From: a virus
Lineage: Duplodnaviria > Caudoviricetes
IMG/VR virus record: IMGVR_UViG_3300009108_000480
DNA length: 64,000 nucleotides
Direction: 5' to 3' (one strand)
The notes below the pieces were generated by a model, which saw only the letters and a list, made by a program, of their open reading frames with translations, was not told where the DNA came from and did not search any database. Positions within the stretch are counted from its first letter, which is position 1; the number at the start of each line of letters is the position of its first letter. Below, piece after piece: positions 59,046 to 64,000 of this stretch. Both the position numbers and the translations under genes were made by a program.

Positions 59046-59422
59046 TGGCAAATTCTTATACAAACCTACCTCCTAAAGATAAAAATCAGTTAGATAAAAC
59101 AATTGAAAAATTAACTACATCAAATTATCAAGAAGAATTTCAATTTAACGTTGGTGAATATGACGCGGCAATTGCCTTTTTTGTTAAAAGAGGATTTTCA
59201 AGAAGTGCGGCCGAAACAACTGCTTATATAATTTTACAACAAGCAAAAATAGATTCGGTAAGTCCTCAACAAATTTTAGATCAACTTACAGTCTCCTCTC
59301 CAGCTCAACTTTCTGAATTAATAACAATTATATTAAATGCCAATAGATATAAATCAAGTAGATTAGGAGTAAGGCAAACTCGTACAACGAAAGATACTGT
59401 GTCTAGAAACATTCTAGACTAA
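59045..59422 (+). CDS. Hypothetical protein (125 aa)
   Basis: TAATG-coupled ORF in the tail operon. Confidence 0.65.
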   Translation: MANSYTNLPPKDKNQLDKTIEKLTTSNYQEEFQFNVGEYDAAIAFFVKRGFSRSAAETTAYIILQQAKIDSVSPQQILDQLTVSSPAQLSELITIILNANRYKSSRLGVRQTRTTKDTVSRNILD

Positions 59423-59862
59423 TGATACCAAGATTTGCTAAAGGAAAATTTTCATTAAAAAATCCAGAAAAATATGTTGGACTAAAAACGCCAACTTATA
59501 GAAGTAGTTGGGAACACGGATTTATGAGATTATGTGATGAACATCCTAACGTATATAAATGGGCTAGTGAATCAATAAAAATACCTTATAGGCACCCATT
59601 AACAGGCAAGTATACAATCTATGTACCGGATTTTTTCATTGTTTACATGGACAAAGAAGGGCGTAAACACGCCGAAATGGTTGAAGTTAAGCCATTGTCC
59701 CAGACTTCTCTAGAATCTGCTGGTAAAAGTATGGGCAAAAAGAAACAAGTTATAATTAATCGTGCTAAATGGGAGGCCGCTTCTGCCTATGCTCGACAAA
59801 ATAAAATGATATTTAGAGTAGTATCAGAAGACCAATTATTCCATCAAGGTACACGTAAATAA
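59422..59862 (+). CDS. gp4: Head completion nuclease, gp4-like
   Basis: KNPEKYVG...YRSSWE.GFM..CD....KWASE...Y.PDF...EVKP. Confidence 0.9.
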   Translation: MIPRFAKGKFSLKNPEKYVGLKTPTYRSSWEHGFMRLCDEHPNVYKWASESIKIPYRHPLTGKYTIYVPDFFIVYMDKEGRKHAEMVEVKPLSQTSLESAGKSMGKKKQVIINRAKWEAASAYARQNKMIFRVVSEDQLFHQGTRK

Positions 59863-59867
59863 TCAAA

Positions 59868-60416
59868 ATGACTAAAAAGTTAGAAGACATATTAAATTTA
59901 CCAAACGTTAAAGAAGCATTTGCTAAAGTAGATGCAAAAGAAAAAGAAAAAGAAACTAAACAAATAAATGGTACTGTACCTAAAAATGTCGATCCAATTA
60001 CTGCAAAAAATTTAGAAAAAACATATGCTGAATTTGATAAAATTGCGGCCTCATTACCTCAAGTAAAAGGACTAGGAGAACTGTCAGATTTAGAATTAGA
60101 TAAATTAGCAACCGAGGCAGAAGAATCATATAAGAATTTAATGGACTTGGGTATGAACGTAGACTCACGTTATTCAGGACGTATTTTTGAGGTTGCAAGT
60201 ACTATGTTACGTAATGCCATAGATGCAAAAGGCTCTAAAATAGACAAAAAACTAAAAATGGTGGAATTACAACTTAAAAAGCTAAAAATAGACAAAACAG
60301 GTAAAGACGACTTGGGTACTATTGAAGAAAGTGACGGATTTGTTATATCAGATCGTAACGAATTAATGAAGAAGTTGCTTAAAACAGATGACGCCAAGAG
60401 TGAAGATAAAGACTAA
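59868..60416 (+). CDS. Candidate terminase small subunit
   Basis: Helical protein with R.FEVASTMLRNAID..K..LQ.KK pattern reminiscent of gp16-type TerS; near gp4 and TerL. Confidence 0.4.
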   Translation: MTKKLEDILNLPNVKEAFAKVDAKEKEKETKQINGTVPKNVDPITAKNLEKTYAEFDKIAASLPQVKGLGELSDLELDKLATEAEESYKNLMDLGMNVDSRYSGRIFEVASTMLRNAIDAKGSKIDKKLKMVELQLKKLKIDKTGKDDLGTIEESDGFVISDRNELMKKLLKTDDAKSEDKD

Positions 60417-60427
60417 ATAGTACTAAT

Positions 60428-61027
60428 ATGAGCACGTTTACAAAATATCTAACAGAATCAGTTAAGACCTATGAATATAAAATCAAAATAGCGGGTGATA
60501 TTGAAAAAGGCTTCGCTAATCGTTTGGAAACTGCTTGTCAAAAATTTGAAATACAAAAATTATCAGCAGGAAAGAAAACTCCAATACAATCGCTACCTTT
60601 AGACTTTCCAACAATAAAAAATGAATCTGTTACAATTTTCGATCTTCAAACTTCTTATCCAGTTGCAGTAAATGAATTAAGAGAATATATTGCTGATTAT
60701 ATGAGAATTTCTCCAGCTTGTGTAGTTGTAAGAAAACCAGGAGAACCATCAGAAGAATATCAAGAAACAATTGCAAATGCAACTAAATCAGAATACAAAA
60801 ATAAACTTCATGACATAGAATATAAAGACGCACCTAAAGTAAATGCAGAAGATTTTCATTCTACGAAAGCAAACATGAGTTTGTTAAAAGAATTATTAAA
60901 AGACAGAGATCTTAATAAGGAAGAAACTCCAAAAGAAAAAGAAAATATTACAACTAAAGAAGACTCACCAGCAGATTCTCCATTTACAAAAACAACAAAT
61001 CCACATCCGGATCCAAAGAGAAAATAA
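60428..61027 (+). CDS. Hypothetical late protein (199 aa)
   Basis: TAAATA at 60414-60419; no motif recognised. Confidence 0.7.
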   Translation: MSTFTKYLTESVKTYEYKIKIAGDIEKGFANRLETACQKFEIQKLSAGKKTPIQSLPLDFPTIKNESVTIFDLQTSYPVAVNELREYIADYMRISPACVVVRKPGEPSEEYQETIANATKSEYKNKLHDIEYKDAPKVNAEDFHSTKANMSLLKELLKDRDLNKEETPKEKENITTKEDSPADSPFTKTTNPHPDPKRK

Positions 61028-61029
61028 TT

Positions 61030-61098
61030 ATGCCTTGTAATAATCCAAATTGTCAGTGTGAAAATTGTACTTGTGAAAATTGTACTTGCAGAGAATAA
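61030..61098 (+). CDS. Unannotated 22-aa Cys-rich microprotein MPCNNPNCQCENCTCENCTCRE, metallothionein-like
   Basis: 7 Cys with three C-x-C motifs; fits between flanking genes with 2-nt and 3-nt gaps; contains a 15-nt tandem duplication. Confidence 0.65.
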   Translation: MPCNNPNCQCENCTCENCTCRE

Positions 61099-61101
61099 AT
61101 T

Positions 61102-62595
61102 ATGGAAATGGTTGACGTTTTACAAAAACTAAAAGAAATTACTAACAAATCTCCAGAAGTTGCAAAAGCAATTAAAAGTGTAGAATCAACAACTAATCCA
61201 AAAACCGAAGTTGCACCTCCAGGAAGAGAAAAACAAGTAAAAGCATTAAAAGGAAAAGTAGACAATCCTTATGCAGTTGCTTGGTCATCTTATAATAAAT
61301 CTAAAGGCAAAAAAGAATCAATAAAAGAAGGCGGAATGTCAGACGTACATATTGGTGCACAAGAAAAAGTTGGTGAATATGTTGATCAAGACGGCAATCT
61401 TTCGGCACCTAAACAAGATGTATTACAATCATTAGAACAACAAAGAGCATCAGCTCCTTTTCCAGAATCATATGAAATTGAAACTGCAATAAAAATGGTA
61501 CAAGATGATTTTGATGACAACGGTCAAGCAAAAGCAGAATATGAACCTGATCCAGAAGACAATATTCCACACGATGTAGATACACAAATGAATATGGACG
61601 CACCAGCAGAAGAACAACCAATAAAAGAAGCACCAAATCCTAAAAGAGAAGCTATACAAACTCTTGAAGCATTAAGAGATATGGTTATGGAATTACCTAT
61701 ATCCGATGATGCTAAAACTTCGGCCCATACAGCATTAGATCAAGTGTCAGACGATATCATGATGGACACAGCTACTGATGAAGAAGCAACTGCAGAAGAA
61801 CCAAAAATTGAAGAAGATACTCTTAATATAAATGGAATGACAACTGAAGAAGATGTTATTAGCATGATTCAAGATACTATAAGTGCTGGAAAAGGTGACG
61901 ATGCAAAAGATTACCTAGAACAGTTTAAACAGTATCTATTTGTAAAATCAGGTGGACGAGCGGAGTCAAAAGAACTAAATACAGAAACAATGAAAAAAGA
62001 AGATAAAAAACCCCTTAAAGAAGCAATTACAATGTCTGCAGACACACCTCAAGAAGCAGGTATGTTAATGCAAATTTTAAAACTTGCAGGTGTACAACAA
62101 GTAACACCTGATATGATTGGTGCAGAAGAACCAACAGCAGATGTACCAACTAATGATGCCGATCACGATCATAACAACGACGGCGAACAAGATCACGCAC
62201 CACAAGATTGTAATGTTTGCTCTGGTGACGATGCAATTGGCTCACAAGGAATGGGTAATATGAGAGATATAATCTCTAAAAATGATAATGATGAACAAGC
62301 AGAAGAAACTTGGGATAATGCACCAGATGAAAAAGTTGACGACCTTGACACATTAGTGAACGTTCATTCAGGTGGCTTAAACAAACAAAAACAACAAGTA
62401 AGAAAAGAATATCCAGGTGACAATCCACTTGCCGCCGAAGATAAAATTAGCGAAGAAGATTTAGCCAATAGTTTAAGAACACAATACGAAGGCTTTAAAA
62501 AATCTTACCAAGAAGCAACAAAAGTTGCTGAAACAAAAGCAGAACCAAAAGAAGAAGAAGAAGTAAAGAAAGAAGCTGTTGCTGACAAAAAATAA
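61102..62595 (+). CDS. Large acidic protein, possibly internal/prohead core (497 aa)
   Basis: Very D/E-rich, low complexity; NPYAVAWSSYNK motif. Confidence 0.65.
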   Translation: MEMVDVLQKLKEITNKSPEVAKAIKSVESTTNPKTEVAPPGREKQVKALKGKVDNPYAVAWSSYNKSKGKKESIKEGGMSDVHIGAQEKVGEYVDQDGNLSAPKQDVLQSLEQQRASAPFPESYEIETAIKMVQDDFDDNGQAKAEYEPDPEDNIPHDVDTQMNMDAPAEEQPIKEAPNPKREAIQTLEALRDMVMELPISDDAKTSAHTALDQVSDDIMMDTATDEEATAEEPKIEEDTLNINGMTTEEDVISMIQDTISAGKGDDAKDYLEQFKQYLFVKSGGRAESKELNTETMKKEDKKPLKEAITMSADTPQEAGMLMQILKLAGVQQVTPDMIGAEEPTADVPTNDADHDHNNDGEQDHAPQDCNVCSGDDAIGSQGMGNMRDIISKNDNDEQAEETWDNAPDEKVDDLDTLVNVHSGGLNKQKQQVRKEYPGDNPLAAEDKISEEDLANSLRTQYEGFKKSYQEATKVAETKAEPKEEEEVKKEAVADKK

Positions 62596-62607
62596 AAACA
62601 ATCAAAT

Positions 62608-62826
62608 ATGAGCATAAACGGAAAAGTAAAATGGTATAATGGAACCAAAGGATTTGGTTTTATTGCCAGAGAAGACAACGAAAAAGATGTATTTGTTCAC
62701 AGAACGGCTCTTCAAGCCGCAGGTATACCCAACCTGAGAGAAGGTGAACAATTAACATTTGATGTAGATATAGCGGCAAAAGGACCTTGCGCCGTTAATT
62801 TACAAAAACCTGACATAAACAGTTAG
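62608..62826 (+). CDS. csp: Cold-shock domain protein (CspA family)
   Basis: GKVKWYN..KGFGFI (RNP1) and DVFVH (RNP2), G..A.NL; 72 aa. Confidence 0.92.
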   Translation: MSINGKVKWYNGTKGFGFIAREDNEKDVFVHRTALQAAGIPNLREGEQLTFDVDIAAKGPCAVNLQKPDINS

Positions 62827-62861
62827 TTTTCTTAACATAAAATAGCCTTAAATACAACACT

Positions 62862-64000
62862 ATGGCGTATGTATCGTTAGACAGTGAACAGGTAAAACGT
62901 GCCCATAAAAAGCACAAATATACCAAAGAACAAGTCTTACAACTCGAACAGTGTATGAACACAAAGACTGGACCGTTGTATTTCATGGAAACATTTATGA
63001 GAATACAACATCCAACTAAAGGTGAAATGGCTTTTCATCCTTATTCTTTTCAAAAAAGATTAATTGAATCATATAACAATTATCGATTTTCTGTATCAAT
63101 GCTACCACGACAAACAGGTAAAACAACCTGTGCGGCAGGATATATTATTTGGTATGCTATGTTCCATCCAGATTCATCTATATTAATTGCGGCACACAAA
63201 TACGCAGGTGCGTCTGACATTATGTCACGTGTAAGATTTTCATACGAAATGTTACCTGAATGGATTAAAGCTGGAGTAACGCAATACAATAGAAATTCTA
63301 TAGAATTTGACAATGGTTCAAAAATAATAGCAACTACTACAACTGAAAATACTGGGCGGGGTATGTCTTTAACAATGATATATTGTGATGAGTTTGCATT
63401 CGTGCAACCACCAGATAAAGCAAAAGAATTTTGGACGTCACTATCTCCTACCTTGTCAACAGGAGGTAAGTGTATGATTACATCAACTCCAAACTCTGAT
63501 GAAGATCAATTTGCGTTAATTTGGAAAGAAGCTAATAAAAAATTCGATGAATACGGCAATGATAAAATTGTAGGAACTAATGGCTTCTATGCCATGAAAG
63601 CTCACTGGTCAGAACATCCTGAACGAGATGATAAGTGGGCAGAAACTGAAAAAGCAAGAATAGGTGAGGAAAGATTTAGACGAGAACACGAATGTGAGTT
63701 TATAATCTTTGATGAAACATTAATTAACTCTACAACATTAGCAGAAATGGAAGGTACTCTTCCTATAGAAAGTACAGGACAGGTACGTTGGTATAAAAGA
63801 CCCACACCAGGACATACATATATGGTATCATTAGATCCAAGCATGGGTACAGGTGGCGACTATGCGGCTATACAAGTATTTGAATTGCCAACATTTGAGC
63901 AAGTTGCAGAATGGCGTCATAATGAAACACCAATGAATCAGCAAATTAGAATATTACAAGGAATTACCAAACATATACATGACACTATAATAGAGAAAGA
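62862..64000 (+). CDS. gp17: Terminase large subunit, gp17-like, 3'-truncated by the window edge
   Basis: Absent from the ORF track. ATG 62862 reads MAYVSLDSEQVKRAHKK; Walker A LPRQTGKTT, Walker B IYCDEFAF, ITSTPN, nuclease aspartate in SLDPSMGTGGDY; TAAATA at 62849-62854. Confidence 0.95.
   Translation, partial: MAYVSLDSEQVKRAHKKHKYTKEQVLQLEQCMNTKTGPLYFMETFMRIQHPTKGEMAFHPYSFQKRLIESYNNYRFSVSMLPRQTGKTTCAAGYIIWYAMFHPDSSILIAAHKYAGASDIMSRVRFSYEMLPEWIKAGVTQYNRNSIEFDNGSKIIATTTTENTGRGMSLTMIYCDEFAFVQPPDKAKEFWTSLSPTLSTGGKCMITSTPNSDEDQFALIWKEANKKFDEYGNDKIVGTNGFYAMKAHWSEHPERDDKWAETEKARIGEERFRREHECEFIIFDETLINSTTLAEMEGTLPIESTGQVRWYKRPTPGHTYMVSLDPSMGTGGDYAAIQVFELPTFEQVAEWRHNETPMNQQIRILQGITKHIHDTIIEK

Noticed and set aside
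61058-61087. CRISPR-like or other guide array
   Set aside because: Only a 15-nt tandem duplication without spacers, explained by coding; no repeat-spacer array seen anywhere in the window
2257-63844. Many 60-210 aa ORFs antisense to long genes (e.g. 6200-6802, 23291-23851, 27192-27752, 35326-35958, 40639-41193)
   Set aside because: Shadow frames of real genes caused by codon bias; no motifs or expression signals
1-64000. Alternative genetic code
   Set aside because: Genes are full length under the standard code, and TAA, TAG and TGA all occur as apparent stops

Overview
An AT-rich segment of a large myovirus of the T4-like superfamily, covering most of the virion morphogenesis region in a gene order unlike T4's. 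Minus strand 1-14.9 kb: baseplate genes (a >1600-aa protein running off the left end; gp6-, gp25-, gp5/VgrG-, hub-, gp53- and gp48/54-like). Then late sigma factor gp55, gp47/gp46 recombination nuclease, an Hc1-like basic protein, a GIY-YIG nuclease, a ~480-nt ORF-free structured region, gp51/gp26-like chaperones and a tape measure-like gene. The head module (portal, core, protease, scaffold, major capsid) is followed by ~15 kb of modular fibre genes with interspersed modifying enzymes, then neck/tail completion genes, dNMP kinase, tail sheath and tube, gp4, a TerS candidate, a cold-shock protein and the terminase large subunit running off the right end. Product names come from motif recognition by eye; no database search was run. 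Best leads: (1) a candidate large structured ncRNA (19750-20225) with its own sigma70-like promoter, divergent from the GIY-YIG gene; (2) a probable -1 frameshift (T TTT TTC) joining the gp26- and gp51-like ORFs, resembling lambda G/GT; (3) an unannotated 22-aa, 7-Cys metallothionein-like microprotein; (4) a four-way-junction RNA leader at 31792-31872; (5) many promoters positioned to give leaderless mRNAs; (6) further unannotated microproteins. A marine alphaproteobacterial (SAR11-like) host is only an inference. No tRNA, rRNA, CRISPR array, integrase or reverse transcriptase was seen.
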